Assembly (NCBI RefSeq): GCF_035084215.1 | Contig: NW_027139453.1 | Location: 4,960,001 to 5,024,000 of the forward strand | Origin: Heptranchias perlo | Lineage: Eukaryota | Length of the DNA stretch: 64,000 nt | Direction: 5' to 3' | Shown: positions 49,700 through 64,000 of the stretch, in pieces | How positions within the stretch are numbered: the stretch's first letter is position 1 | Layout: every line of letters begins with the position of its first letter | The notes under the pieces: generated by a model | Seen by the model: the letters and a program-made list of their open reading frames with translations, nothing else | Told to the model about the DNA's origin: nothing | The model's database searches: none | Translations under genes and position numbers: made by a program

Positions 49700-51690
49700 T
49701 TGAGTAAAGCTCACCATCAATACCATAACCGTGTTTAAAGATAGCCTCACCATCAGCATCATGACCCTGTTTAGAAAGAGAGTCTCACCATCAGCATCAT
49801 GGCCCTGTTTAGAGAGAGAGTCTCACCATCAGCATCTTGACCCTGTTTTGAGAGAGAGTCTCACCATCAGCATCATGACTCTGTTTAGAGAGAGAGTCTC
49901 ACCATCAGCATCATGACCCTGTTTAGAGCGAGAGTCTCACCATAAGCATGATGACAATGTTTAAAGAGAGTCTCATCATCGGCATCATGACCCAGTTTCA
50001 AGAGAGTATCACCATCAACATCATGACCCTGTTTATAGAGAGTCTCACCATCAGTAACATGATCCTGTTTATAGAGAGAGTCTCACCATTAATGTCATGA
50101 CCCTGTTTATAGAGAGTCTCACCATCAGTAACATGATGCTGTTTATAGAGAGTCTCGCCATCAACATCATGACCCTGTTTATAGAGAGTCTCACCATCAG
50201 CATCATGACCCTGTTTATAGAGAGAGTCTCACCATTAATGTCATGACCCTGTTTATAGAGAGTCTCACCATCAGCATCATGATCCTGTTTATAGAGAGAG
50301 TCTCACCATCAGTACCATGGCCCTATTTCAAGCGATTATCAAGAACATCATCATAGCTCTGTTCGCAGAGAGAGTCTCACCATCAGCTTCGTTGCACTGA
50401 TAACAGAGAGAGTCTCACCATTAGCATCATTGCCCTTTTTGAAGAGAGTCTCACCAGCAACGTGATGACGCTGTTTCCAGAGCTTGTCTCACCATCAGCA
50501 TCATGACCCTGTTTACAGATAGTGTCTCACCATCAGCATCATGACCCTGTTTAAAGAGAGGATCACCATCCGCATCATGAACCTGTTTATATAGAGTCTC
50601 ACCATCAGCATCATGACCCTGTTTACAGATAGTGTCTCACCATCAGCATCATGACCCTGTTTGAAGAGAGGATCACCATCAGCATCATGAACCTGTTTAT
50701 ATAGAGTCTCACCATCAGCATCATGACCCTGTTTACAGAAAGTGTGTCACCATCAGCATCATGACCCTGTTTATAGTGAGAGTCTCACCATCAGTATCAT
50801 GGCCCTGTTTAAAGCGATTGTCAAGAACATCATCATGGCTCTGTTCGCAGAGAAAGTCTCACCGTCAGCATCGTTGCCCCTATTACAGAGAGAGTCTCAC
50901 CATCAGCTTCATGACCCTGTTTAAAGAGAGAGTCTCACCATTAGCATCATTGCCCTTTTTAAAGAGAGTCTCACCAGCAACGTCGTGACGCTGTGTAAAG
51001 AGCGAATCTAACCATCAGCATCACGAGCATGTTTAAAGAGATTCTCACCAACAGCATCATGGCCCTGTTAAAAGAGAGAGTCTCTCCATCAACATTATGA
51101 CCCTGTTCATATAAAGTCTCAGCATCAGCATCATAGCCCTATTTATATAGAGAGGCTCTCCATGAACTTCATTACCCTGTTTATAGAGTCTCACCATCAG
51201 CATCATGAACCTGTTTACAGATAGTGTCTCATCATAAGCATCATGACACTGTTTATACAGAATCTCACCATCAGCATCATGACCCTGTTAAAGAGAGAGT
51301 CTCACCATTTCCATCATGACCCTGTTTATAGAGAATCTCATCATCAGCATCATGACCCTATTTTTAAAAAAAAGTCTAACCATTAGCATCATTGCCCACT
51401 TTAAAAAGCGTGTCTCACCATCAGCATCATGACGCTGTTTAAAGAGAGATTCTCACCATCTTCATTATGACACTGTTTAAATGGTGCCTCACCATCAACA
51501 TCATGACACTTTTTAAAGAGTATCTCACCATCAACAGCATGGCAATGTTTAGAGAGAGTCTCACTGTCAGCCTCATCGCCCTGTTCATATTGAGTCTCAC
51601 TATTAGCATCATGGACTGTTTAAAGAGCGTGTTTCACCATCAACATCATGACCCTGCTTAATGAGCGTGTCTCTCCAACAACATCACGGA
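49700..51690. repeat. 36-38-bp satellite, left block
   Basis: Unit agagagtctcaccatcagcatcatgaccctgtttaa. Confidence 0.95.
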
Positions 51691-51699
51691 CAGCTATAA

Positions 51700-54600
51700 A
51701 GAGAACGTGGTACTTATCGGTACCTACGACATAGGTCAAAAGAGGAACGATGTCCTGCAAGCACAATATAAGGAGATAGGAAATAAGTTAAAAAGCAGGA
51801 CCTAACGGGTAATTATCTCAGAATTACTCCCAGTGACACGTGCTCGTGTGTATAGGAGTGGGAGAATAGACCAGATGAATGCGTGGCTGGAGGGTTGGTG
51901 CAGGAGGGAGGATTTTAAATTCCTGAGGAATTGGGACCGATTGTTTGGAAGGTGGGACCTGTACAAGCCGGATGGATTGCTTTTCAACAGATCCGGGGCT
52001 CAAATCCTCGCAGGGTTTTGCTACTGCTTTTGGCGAGGTTTCAAACTAGAGTGGCAGGGAGATGGGAACTTGAGCGGGGAGTCATAATAGAGTAAAGTTG
52101 AAAGCAACGCGGTAGAGGAGGACCAAGAGAAATTTACAACACAAACAGTACAAATAGTTGTTCAAGAACAAGCGAAAGGGAAAAGCGTAGAGCAGCAGAA
52201 AGAAAGTGTACTTCTGGCACTGCAGATAAAGTGAAAACTAGAAGGTGTAAAGCGATTAATCCAGCATCAAAGCTGAAGGTCAGGCTAGGGTGTGTGGCCC
52301 AACTAAGAGTTCGATACACAAATACACGGAGTAGAAGGAATAAATTAAATGAACTACAGGTACAAATTCAAATTGGAGGTATGATATGAAATGATAGCTA
52401 TTACGGAGACATGGCTGCAGGAGATGACGAAAGTAGTGGTCAGGGGAATGTCAGTGGATGTTAATTATATGGACTTCCAGAAGGCATTTGATAAGGTCCC
52501 ACATAAGAGACTGTTAGCTAAGATAGAAGCCCATGGAATCGAGAGAAAAGTACGGACTTGGTTAGGAAGTTGGCTGAGCGAAAGGCGACAGAGTGTAGGG
52601 ATAATGGGAAGGTACTCACATTGGCAGGATGTGACGAGTGGAGTCCCGCAGGGATCTGTCTTGGGGCTCAATTATTCACAATATTTATTAACGACTTAGA
52701 TGAAGGCATAGAAAGTCTCATATCTAAGTTTGGCGATGAGAGAAAGATTGGTGGCATTGCAAGCAGTGCAGAAGAAAACACAGAAATTACTAAGCGATAT
52801 TGATGGATTAGATGAATGGGCAAAATTGTGGCAAATGGAATTCAATGTAAACAAATGTGAGGTCATCAAGTTTGGATCAAAAAAGGATAGAACAGGGTAA
52901 TTTGTAATTGGTAAAAGGTTAAAAACAGTGGATGTCGAAAGGGACTTAGGGGTTCAGGTACATTGTTCATTGAAGTGTCATGAACAGGTGCTGAAAATAA
53001 TCAATAAGGCAAATGGAATGTTGGCCTTTATATCTAGAGGACTAGAGTACAAGGCGGCAGAAGTTACGCTGCAGCTATACAAAACCCTGGTTAGACCGCA
53101 CCTGGAGTACTGTGAGCAGTGCTGGGCACCGCACCTTCGGAAGGACATATTGGCCTTGGAGGGAGTGCAGCGTAGGTTTACTAGAATGATACTCGGACTT
53201 CAAGGGTTAAGTTACGAGGAGAGATTACACAAATTGGGGTTGTATTCTCTGGAGTTTTGAAGGTTAAGGGGTGTTCTGAGAGTAGTTTATAAGATATTAA
53301 GGGGAACAGATAGGGTGGATAGAGAGAAACTATTTCCGCTGGTTGGGGATTTTAGGAGTAAGGGGCACAGTCTAAAAAATAGAGCCAGACCTTTCAGGAG
53401 CGAGATTAGAAAACATTTCTACACACAAAGGGTTGTAGAAGGTTGGAACTCTCTTCCGCAAACGGCAATTGATAGGAGCTCAATTGCTAAAATTAAATCT
53501 GAGATCGATAGCTTTTTGGCAACCAAAGATATTAAGGGATATGGGCAGGCATATAGAGTTAGATCGCAGATCAGCCATGATCTTATCAAATGGTGAAGCA
53601 GGCCCGAGGGTCTGAATGGCCTACTCCTGTTCCAATGTTCCTATGTTCCTATGGATGTTCAGGATTGTTAACTAAATATACCGGGTTATAAGTTTTACAG
53701 GAGAGACAGGGAAAATGGAAGAGAGGGAGGAATATCCTTGTTAATTAGAGATGAAATCACTTCAATGATAAAGGATGATGTAACGAGAGGTAAGCACCAA
53801 TAGAGACCTTATGGGTTGAATTGAGAAATAGGAAAGGATCTGAGGCTGTGGTGGAAGTTGTGTATACGACTCCTGGCATCAGCTCTGAAGTTCGAGATTG
53901 TATAAATACAGAGATCAGAAAAGCGTGCAACAAAGGCATAGCGGTCTTAATGGTAAAAGCAGACAAGCAACTGACAGAAAGGCAGTGAATTTTTTGATTG
54001 TGCCCAGGATAATTTTCTACAGCAGTTTGTCCGAGAGGCAACAAGGGGGCAAACCATACTGGAATTAGTAATGAGGAATGAACCAGATATGGTTAACAGC
54101 TTAACAGTACGTGGACATCTATCCAATAGCGATCATAACGTGATCGAGTTCAAGGTAGTGTTTGAAAGAGAAAAAAGTGAATCAGCTGCTAAGATTCTTG
54201 TCTGGGTCAGGCGGACTTCAATGGGATGAGACAGAGACTGTCCACAGTAAACTAAATCTTTTAATGGGTAAAACGACTGACGATCAGTGGGAAATGTTTA
54301 AAGAAACATTTAACGTGATACAGAACCGGTTTATACCTCTGAGGGGCAAGAACTGTACATGCCAAAAAAAACAGCCATGGATATCTGATGAGGAAAGTGA
54401 CAGTATAAGACATAAGGGAAGGACATAAAAAAGGCAAAAAATCGCACAGATCCTGCGAATGGGAAAGATACAAAGATCAACAAAGAGTCACAAAACAGAT
54501 AGTAACAGCTACAAAACGAGAGTATGAAAAGAAACTCGCAAGGGATATCAAAACCAATACGAAGAACGTTTATAGTTACATTAGGAAAAAGAGCGTGGTC

Positions 54601-56360
54601 AGGAACAGTTTTGGCCCCTTAAAAACTGAACGTGGGGATATTATCATTGACAATGGGGAAACGGCGGAAATGTTGAATAATTACTTTGCGTCAGTATTTA
54701 CAGTTGAAAAAGAGGATAGAATGCCAAAAATCCCAAGAAAACTAATATTGAATCAATAAAATTAACTACAGTAATGTAGAAAATAATAACACTAAAGAGT
54801 GACTAATCCCGAGGACCAGATGAATTTCATCCCAGGCCTTTAAAGTGAGCAAATTGCAGATGCCCTAAATAAAATCTTTCAAAGTTCACCATATTCAGGA
54901 AACGTCCCTGCAGATTGGAAAATTGTATATGCTACTCCGCTTTTTAAGAAAGGAGAGAGAGGGAAACCAGGGAATTATAGACCAGTTAGCCTAACAACTG
55001 TTGTGGGGAAATTGCTGGTGTCTATAATTAAGGATAGGGTGACAGAACACCTCGAGAATTTTCAGTTAAACAGGGAGAGCCAGCATGCATTTGTGAAAGG
55101 TAGGTCGTACCTGACATACCTGATTGTTTTTTTTTTGAAGAGGTGGCTGAAGTTGTGGATAGTGGAATGTCAATAGATGTTATGTATATGGACTTCCAGA
55201 CTTCATTTGATAAAGTCCCACGTAAGAGACTATTTGCCCATGGAATCGAGGGAAGAGTACGGACTTTCTTAGGAAGTTGGCCGAGCGAAAGGCGACAGAG
55301 AGGAGGGATAATGGGAAGGTACTCACATTGGCAGGATTTGAAGAGTGGAGTCCCGCAGGGATCAGTCTTGGGGCCTCAATTATTCACAATATTTATTCAC
55401 GACTTAGATGAAGGCATAGACAGTCTCATATCTAAGCTTTCTGATGACACAAAGATTGGTGGCATTGTAAGCAGTGCAGATGAAAACTCACAATTACAAA
55501 GGGTATTGATCGATTAGGTGAATGGGCAAATCTCTGGCGAATGGAATTGAATGTAAGCAAATGTGAGGTCATCCACTTTGGACCAAACTAGGATAGAACA
55601 GGATACTTTCTGAATGGTAAAAAGTTAAAAACGGTGGCTGTCCAAAGGAACTTTAGGGTTCAGGTACATAGCTCATTGAAGTTTCATGAACAGGTGTAGA
55701 AAATAATCGATAAGGCGAATGGAATGCTGGCCTTTATATCCAGAGGACTAAAATACAAGGGAGCAGAAGTTATGCTGCAGCAATCAAAAACCCTGGTTAG
55801 ACCGCACCTGGAGTACTGTGAGCAGTTCTGGTCACCGCACCTTCGGAAGGACATATTGGACTTGGAGGGAGTGCAGCGTAGGTTTACTGGAATGATCCCC
55901 TGACTTCAATGTTTAAGTTACGCGGAAATATTACACAAATTGGGGTTGTATTCTCTAGAGTTTGGAAGGTAACGGGGCGATCTGATCGAAGTTTATAAGA
56001 TATTAAGGGGAACAGGAAGGGTGGAGAGATACAAATTATTTCCGGTGTTTGGCGATTCTCGGAGTGGGGGCACAGTCTAAAAATTAGAGCCAGACCTTTC
56101 AGGAGTGAGATTAGGAAACACTTCTACACAAAAAGGGTGGTAGAAGTTTGGAATTCTCTTATGCTAACGGCAATTGGTGCTAGCTCAATTGCTAATTTTA
56201 AATCTGAGATAGATAGTTTTTTGCCAACCAAAGGCATTATTGGATATGGGCCAATGACAGGTATATGGAGTTAGGTCACAGATCATCCATGATTTTATCA
56301 AATGGCGGAGCGGGCTCGAGGGGCTGAATGGCCGACTCCTGTTCCTATGTTCCTTTGTTC
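51700..56360 (+). mobile_element. Near full-length CR1 (ORF1 SGNH-esterase end, EN, RT, 3'UTR) with a nested 5'-truncated CR1 at ~52420-53652
   Basis: VVLIGTYDIG..LYKPDGLLFNRSGA (esterase); MIAITETWLQ interrupted by RT and tail (tgttccta)n, EN resumes at 53653 (..LNIPGYKFYRRDR). Confidence 0.9.
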
Positions 56361-56364
56361 AAAA

Positions 56365-59085
56365 TAAGCATCATGACACTGTTTAAAAAGACAATCTCAC
56401 AACCAGAATCATGACCGTGTTTAAAGAGAGTCCAACCATCAACATCGTGACCCTGTATAAAGAGCGAGACTCACCATCAATATTATGGCTAGGTATAAAG
56501 AGAGAGTCAAACCATTATCACCGTGATTCGTTTTTAAGGAGCGAGTCTGACTATCAGCATCATGAACATATTTAGAGAGAGAGTATCACCACCAGAATCA
56601 TGATCCTGTTTAAATAACGTATCTCACCATCAACATCATGACCCTGTTTAAAGAGAGTCTCACAATCAGCATCATGACCCTCTTATTAGACAGTTTCACC
56701 GTCAGCATCATGATCCTGTTTAAGGAGAGTCTCACCATTAGCATCATGACCGTGTTTAAAGAGAGTCTCTCCATCAACATCCTGAACCTGTTTATAGAGA
56801 GTCTCACCATTAGCATCATGACCCTGTTTAAAGACAGTCTCACCATCAGCACATGAACCTCTTTGTAGAAAGTATCACCATGAGCATCAAGACTCTGTTC
56901 AAAGTGAGAATCTCACCACCAGAATCATGACCATGTTTAAAGAGAGAGTCTCACCACCAGAAACATGACCATAATTAAGGAGAGAGTCTCACCATCAGCA
57001 TCACGACCCTTTTTAAGGAGAGAGTATCAGCAGCAACAGCGTGGCCTTGATTAAAGAGAGAGTCTCACCATGAGCATCATGGCTCCCTTTGAAGAGCGAA
57101 TCACACCATCAACATCATGACCACATTTAAAGAGATAATCTCACCACCAGAATCATGACACTTTTTAAAGAGAGAATCTCATCAGCAACATCATTACCCT
57201 GTTTAAAGAGAGGCTCACCGTCAACATTATGACCCTGTTTAAAGAGCGTCTCACCATCAGCATCATTGCCCTGTTTGAAGAGCGAGTCTCAGCATCAGCA
57301 TCATGACCCTATTAAATAGCGTGTGTCATGATCAACATCGTGGCCAGGCATAAAGAGAGAGTCTCACCATTAACATCATGGCCAGCTATAAAGAGAGAGA
57401 GTCTCACCATGAAAGTCATGACCCTGTTTAAAGAACGTGTCACACCATCAGCACATGACACTGTTTATAGAGAGCCTTACCATCTATATCATGACCTTGA
57501 TTGAAGAGAATCTCACCATCAGCATCATGACACTTTTAATAGAGAGTCTCACCATCAGCATCATGGCCAGCTGTAATGAGAGAGAGTCTCACCACCAGAG
57601 TCATGACCCTGTTTAAAGAACGTGTCTCACCATCAGCACATGACACTGTTTATAGAGAGCCTGACCATCTACATCATGACCTGATGGAAGAGAATCGCAC
57701 ATCAGCATCATGACACTTTTTATAGAGTCTCACCATCAGCGTAATGTCCCTGTTTAAAGAACGTTTCTCACCATCAACATCATGGCCAGCCTTAAGGAGA
57801 GAGTCTCACCAGCAGTATCATGACCCTGTTTAGAGAGAGAGTCTCACCATCAGCATCATGACCCTATTAAAGAGCGTGTGTCATGATCAACATCGTGGCT
57901 AGGCATAAAGAGAGAGTCTCACCATTAGCACCGTGAACCCCTTTAATGATCGAGTCTCACCATTCGCATCATGACCTTGTTTAAAGAGAGTCTCACCATC
58001 AATATCGTGAACCTGTTTATAGACAGTCTCACCATCAGCAATCTGACGCTGTTTATAGAGATTATCACCATCAGCATTACGACCCTGTTTAAAAAGAGGC
58101 TCAAAATCAACAACATAACCCTGTTTAAAGAGAGTATCACCATCAACATCATAACCCTGGTTAAAGAAAGTATCACCATCAGCATCATGGCCCTGTTTAT
58201 AGAGAGTCTCACCATTGGCATCATGAACCTGTTTATAGAGAGTCTCAACATCAGCATCATGACCCTGTTTATAGAGAGTCTCAACATCAGCATCATGACC
58301 CTGTTCATAGAGAGTCTCAACATCAGCATCGTGACCCTGTTTAAAGAGAAAATCTCACCACCAGAATGATGACCGTGTTTAAGGAGAGAGTCTCAGCAGC
58401 AGCATCATGACCCTGTTTAAAGGTAGACTCACCGTCAACATCGTGACCCTTTTTAAAGAGAGTGTCTCACCATCAGCATCATGGCCAGGTATAGAGAGAG
58501 AGTCTCACCATTGCCACCGTGAACCATTTTAAAGAGCCAATCTCACCATTCGCATCATCACCCTGTTTAAAGAGAGTCTCACCATCAAAATCATGACCCT
58601 TTTAATAGAGAGTCTCACCATCAATATCATGACCCTGTTTAAAGAGAGAATCTCAGCAGCAACATCATGACCCTGTTTAAAGAGAGTCTCACCATCAATA
58701 TCATGACCCTTTTAATAGAGAGTCTCACCATCAATATCATGAACCTGTTTAAAGAGAGAGTCTCACCATCATCATCATGACCCTGTTGAAAGATAGTCTC
58801 AAAAGCAACATCATAAAGAACGATTCTCACCATTAGCATCATGGCCCTGTTTAAAGAGTGAGTCTCAGCAGCAACGTCATGATCATATTTGAAGAGAGAG
58901 TCTCACCACCAGAATCATGACCATCTTTAAAGAACGTGTCTCACCATCAACACCATTACCCTATTTATAGAGAATCACACCATCAACACCATGATCCTGT
59001 TTATAGAGAGTCTCACAATCAGCATCATGAACCTGTTTGATGAGATTCTCACCATAAGAACCGTGACCCTGTTTAAAGAGCTAAT
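56365..59085. repeat. 36-38-bp satellite, right block
   Basis: Same unit as 49700-51690. Confidence 0.95.
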
Positions 59086-59309
59086 CACAACGCCAGATCC
59101 CATTTACCAAGGGCCTTATAATTGAGGGTCCACTGCAAGTGTTAGCCTTAAACTATTCAAAACATCTTTTAAAATATAGCCGCATCATCAGAACATATTT
59201 ATAAAAAGGGAGTTTCATGGCTGTTTAAAAAACATTACAAACAAAGTAATGTTTGAAAATTCCCTTTCACCATTGGCCCTGTGTTCAGTGCAGCCAGAGA
59301 GCGACTAGA

Positions 59310-60485
59310 TGTAAGAGTCATAGAGTTATACAGCACGGATAGAGGCCCTTCGGCCCATCGTGTCCGCACCGGCCATCAAGCCCAGTCTAATCTAATCCCA
59401 TGTTCCAGCATTTGGTCCGTAGCCTTGTATGCTATGGCATTTCAAGTGCTCATCCAAATGCTTCTTGAATGTTGTGAGGGTTCCTGCCTCCACAACCCTG
59501 TCAGGCAGTGAGTTCCAGACTCCAACCACCCTCTGGGTGAAAAAGTTCTTTCTCAAATCCCCTCTAAACCTCCCGCCTTTTACCTTGAATCTATGCCCCC
59601 TTGTTATAGAACCCTCAACGAAGGGAAAAAGCTCCTGAGTATCCATCCTATCTATGCCCCTCATAATTTTGTACACCTCAATCTTGTCCCCCCTCAGCCT
59701 CCTCTGCTCCAAGGAAAACAAACCCAATCTTCCCAGTCTCTCTTCATAGCTGAAGCGCTCCATCCCTGGTAACATCCTGGTGAATCTCCTCTGCACCCTC
59801 TCCAAAGCGATCACATCCTTCCTGTAGTGCGGCGACCAGAACTGCACACAGTACTCCAGCTGTGGCCTAACCAGTGTTTTATACAGCTCCATCATAACCT
59901 CCTTGCTCTTATATTCTATGCCTCGGCTAATAAAGGCAACTATCCCATATGCCTTCTTTACCACCTTATCTACCTGTTCCGCCGCCTTCAGGGATCTGTG
60001 AACTTGCACACCAAGATCCATCTCACCCTCTGTCTTGCCTATGGTCCTCCCATTCATTGTGTAGTCCCTTGCCTTGTTAGTCCCTCCAAAGTGCATCACC
60101 TCGCACTTTTCCGGGTTAAATTCCATTTGCCACTGTTCCGCCCATCTGACCAACCCATCTATATCGTCCTGCAGACTGAGGCTATCCTCCTCGCTATTTA
60201 CCACCCTACCAATTTTTGTATCATCAGCGAACTTACTGATCATACCTTTTACATTCATATCCAAGTCGTTAATGTAGACCACAAACAGCAAGGGCCCCAG
60301 CTCAGATCCCTGTGGTACCCCACTGGCCACAGGCTTCCAGTCACAAAAACAACCTTCGACCATCACCATCACCAGCCTTCTGCCACTAAGCCAGTTTTGT
60401 ATCCAAAGTGCCAAGGCACCCTGGACTCCATGGGCTCGTACCTTCTTGACCAGTCTTCTGTGCGGCACTTTTTCGAAGGCCTTAC
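59310..60485 (-). mobile_element. Young 5'-truncated CR1 with an open RT C-terminal frame
   Basis: SKAFEKVPHRRL..GVPQGSELGPLLFVVYINDLD..KFADDTKIG..to stop, no interruptions over ~365 codons. Confidence 0.95.
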
Positions 60486-60764
60486 TGTTGAAGTGTGTTA
60501 GATTCTGGGCTTTGCACCCTGAAAGCAAGATTGAAATTTAATCCAGGATATGGGCAGGTGTTCCCGTGTATTGGGCGTGACTTTTCACCTTTTCACGTCT
60601 GTTCTTCGTGTTCAAATCTTGGCGCAAGGCGGGCAAATTGCTCTGAATAATGTCAGCAATCACGTAAAGGAGGATAAATGGAGAATTTAACAAAACCCAG
60701 CTCCCACCACCATCACCAACTCAACCAATCAACAACCCGGACACCCATCACTCCAAACAACTCT

Positions 60765-63400
60765 TAACACCATCACCTCCAACCACCCCTCACACCATCA
60801 CCTCCAACCACCCCTCACACCATCACCTCCAACCACCCCTCCCACCAGAACCTCCAACCACCCCTCACACCATCACCTCCAACCACCCCTCACACCATCA
60901 CCTCCAACCACCCCTCACACCATCACCTCCAACCACCCCTCACACCATCACCTCCAACCACACCTCACACCATCACCTCCAACCACCCCTCACACCATCA
61001 CCTCCAACCACCCCTCACACCATCACCTCCAACCACCCCTCACACCATCACCTCCAACCACCCCTCACACCATCACCTCCAACCACCCCTCACACCATCA
61101 CCTCCAACCACCCCTCACACCATCACCTCCAACCACCCCTCACACCATCACCTCGATCCACCCCTCACACCATCACCTCCAACCACCCCTCACACCATCA
61201 CCTCCAACCACCCCTCACACCATCACCTCCAACCACCGCTCACACCATCACCTCCAACCACCCCACACACCATCACCTCCAACCACCCCTCACACCATCA
61301 CCTCCAACCACCCCTCACACCATCACCTCCAAACAGCCCCTCACACCATCACCTCCAACCACCCCTCACACCATCACCTCCAACCACCCCTCACACCATC
61401 ACCTCCAACCACACCTCACACCATCACCTCCAACCACCCCTCACACCATCACCTCCAACCACCCCTCACACCATCACCTCCAACCACCCCTCACACCAAC
61501 ACCTCCAACCACCCCTCACACCATCACCTCCAACCACCCCTCACACCATCACCTCGAACCACCCCTCACACCATCACCTCCAACCACCCCTCACACCATC
61601 ACCTCCAACCACCGCTCACACCATCACCTCCAACCACTCCTCACACCATAACCTCCAACCACCCCTCAAACCATCACCTCCAACCACCCCTCACACCACC
61701 ACCTCCAACCACCCCTCACACCAACACCTCCAACCACCCCTCACACCATCACCTCCAACCACCCCTCACACCATCACCTCCAACCACCCCTCACACCATC
61801 ACCTCCAACCACCCCTCACACCATCACCTCCAACCACCCCTCACACCATCACCTCCAACCACCCCTCACACCATCACCTCCAACCACCCCTCACACCATC
61901 ACCTCCAACCACCCCTCACACCATCACCTCCAACCACACCTCACACCATCACCTCCAACCACCGCTCACACCATCACCTCCAACCACCCCTCACACCATC
62001 ACCTCCAAACAGCCCCCACACCATCACCTCCAACCACCCCTCACACCATCACCTCCAAACACCCCTCACACCATCACCTCCAACCACCCCTCACACCATC
62101 ACCTCCAACCACCCCTCACACCATCACCTCCAACCACCCCTCACATCATCACCTCCAACCACCCCTCACACCATCACCTCCAACCACCCCTCACACCATC
62201 ACCTCCAACCACCCCTCACACCATCACCTCCAACCACCCCTCACACCATTACCTCCAACCACCCCTCACACCATCACCTCCAAACAGCCCCCACACCATC
62301 ACCTCCAACCACCCCTCACACCATCACCTCCAACCACCCCTCACACCATCACCTCCAACCACCCCTCACACCATCACCTCCAACCACCCCTCACACCATC
62401 ACCTCCAACCACCCCTCACACCATCACCTCCAACCACCGCTCACACCATCACCTCCAACCACCCCTCACACCATCACCTCCAAACAGCCCCCACACCATC
62501 ACCTCCAACCACCCCTCACACCATCACCTCCAATCACCCCTCACACCATCACCTCCAACCACCCCTCACATCATCACCTCCAACCACCCCTCACACCATC
62601 ACCTCCAACCACCCCTCACACCATCAGCTCCAACCACCCCTCACACCATCACCTCCAACCACCCCTCACACCATCACCTCCAACCACCCCTCACACCATC
62701 ACCTCCAACCACCCCTCACACCATCACCTCCAACCACCCCTCACACCATCACCTCCAACCACCCCTCACACCATCAACTCCAACCACCCCTCACACCATC
62801 ACCTCCAACCACACCTCACACCATCACACCAACACCTCCAACCACCCCTCACACCATCACCTCCAACCACTCCTCACACCATAACCTCCAACCACCCCTC
62901 ACACCATCACCTCCAACCACCCCTCACACCATAACCTCCAACCACCCCTCACACCATCACCTCCAACCACCCCTCACACCATAACCTCCAACCACCCCTC
63001 ACACCATCACCTCCAACCACCCCTCACACCATAACCTCCAACCACCCCTCACACCATCACCTCCAACCACCCCTCAAACCATCACCTCCAACCACCCGTC
63101 ACACCATCACCTCCAACCACTCCTCACACCATCACCTCCAACCACCCCTCACACCATCACCTCCAACCACCCCTCCCACCATCACCTCCAACCACCCCTC
63201 ACACCATCACCTCCAACCACCCCTCACACCATCACCTCCAACCACCCCTCATACCATCACCTCCAACCACCCCTCACACCATCACCTCCAACCACCCCTC
63301 ACACCATCACCTCCAACCACCCCTCACACCATCACCTCCAACCACCCCTCACACCATCACCTCCAACCACCCCTCACACCATCACCTCCAACCACCCCTC
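60765..63400. repeat. Highly homogeneous 25-bp tandem array (~105 copies), decaying into C-rich low complexity up to the window end
   Basis: Unit catcacctccaaccacccctcacac. Confidence 0.97.
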
Positions 63401-64000
63401 CCCCCGTCACCCCGTCCCATCATCACCACAAACCACCCCTCCCATCAACACCCCCACCCCCATCATCACCCCTCCCAACATCACCGCCATCCACCGCGAC
63501 CACTATCACACCCTCCCACCAACATCCCTACCCGCACCATCACCCCCACCCCCTCCATCACCCCAAACCACCCCTCCCACCATCACTCCCAACCACCAAC
63601 ACCCCCTCCCACCATCACTCCCAACCACCAACACCCCCTCCCACCATCACCCCCAACCACCCCTCCCACCATCACTCCCAACCACCAACACCCCCTCCGA
63701 CCATCACCCTCAACCACCCCTCCCACCATCACCCCTTCCCACCATCACGCCCTCCCACCATCTCACCCAACCACCCCTCCCACCATCACTCCCTCACACC
63801 TTCATCCGCAACCACCGCTCCCACCATCACACCCACCCACCAACATCCCCACCCCCACCAACACCCCCACCCCCACCGTCACCCCCAACCAACGTCCCAC
63901 CATTACCCCCACCCCAACTAACATCCCCACCCACCAACACCCCAAACCACCCCTCCAACCATCACCCCCACCCACCATCACCCCAACCACCCCACCCACC

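Noticed and set aside
49700-59085. 36-38-bp repeats as a possible CRISPR array
   Set aside because: Head-to-tail units with no unique spacers, eukaryotic context, no cas genes

Overview
Vertebrate genomic DNA, almost certainly from a cartilaginous fish (shark-type CR1/L2/Penelope/Deu-SINE landscape, GPR139-like receptor family). Bases ~0.8-20 kb hold a tandemly duplicated cluster of germline T-cell receptor beta V segments on the minus strand. There are four intact genes, each with a leader exon, intron, V exon and 23-bp-spacer RSS, and all closely resemble mammalian TRBV30 (CTVEGTSNPNMYWYRQ...FYS.G...RP.D.QF.L...YYCAWS). The cluster also contains a split pseudo-V (an orphan leader in one paralogous unit, a 3' V remnant in another), an intact leader exon of a different type at 863-911, and degenerate copies of that leader plus a same-orientation CTCF-like motif in every duplication unit. 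No D, J or C segments and no further V genes are visible to the right, so this looks like one edge of the TRB locus. Beyond it lie two GPR139/142-like class A GPCR genes (one intact two-exon gene, one frameshifted exon with no visible first exon), a solo LTR, decayed Harbinger ORFs, many CR1/L2/RTE-X-like/Penelope fragments (including a CR1 nested in a CR1), and several minisatellite arrays (25, 27, 30, 33, 36-38, 57, 64, 79 bp). All family and ortholog assignments come from motif recognition by eye; no database search was run.
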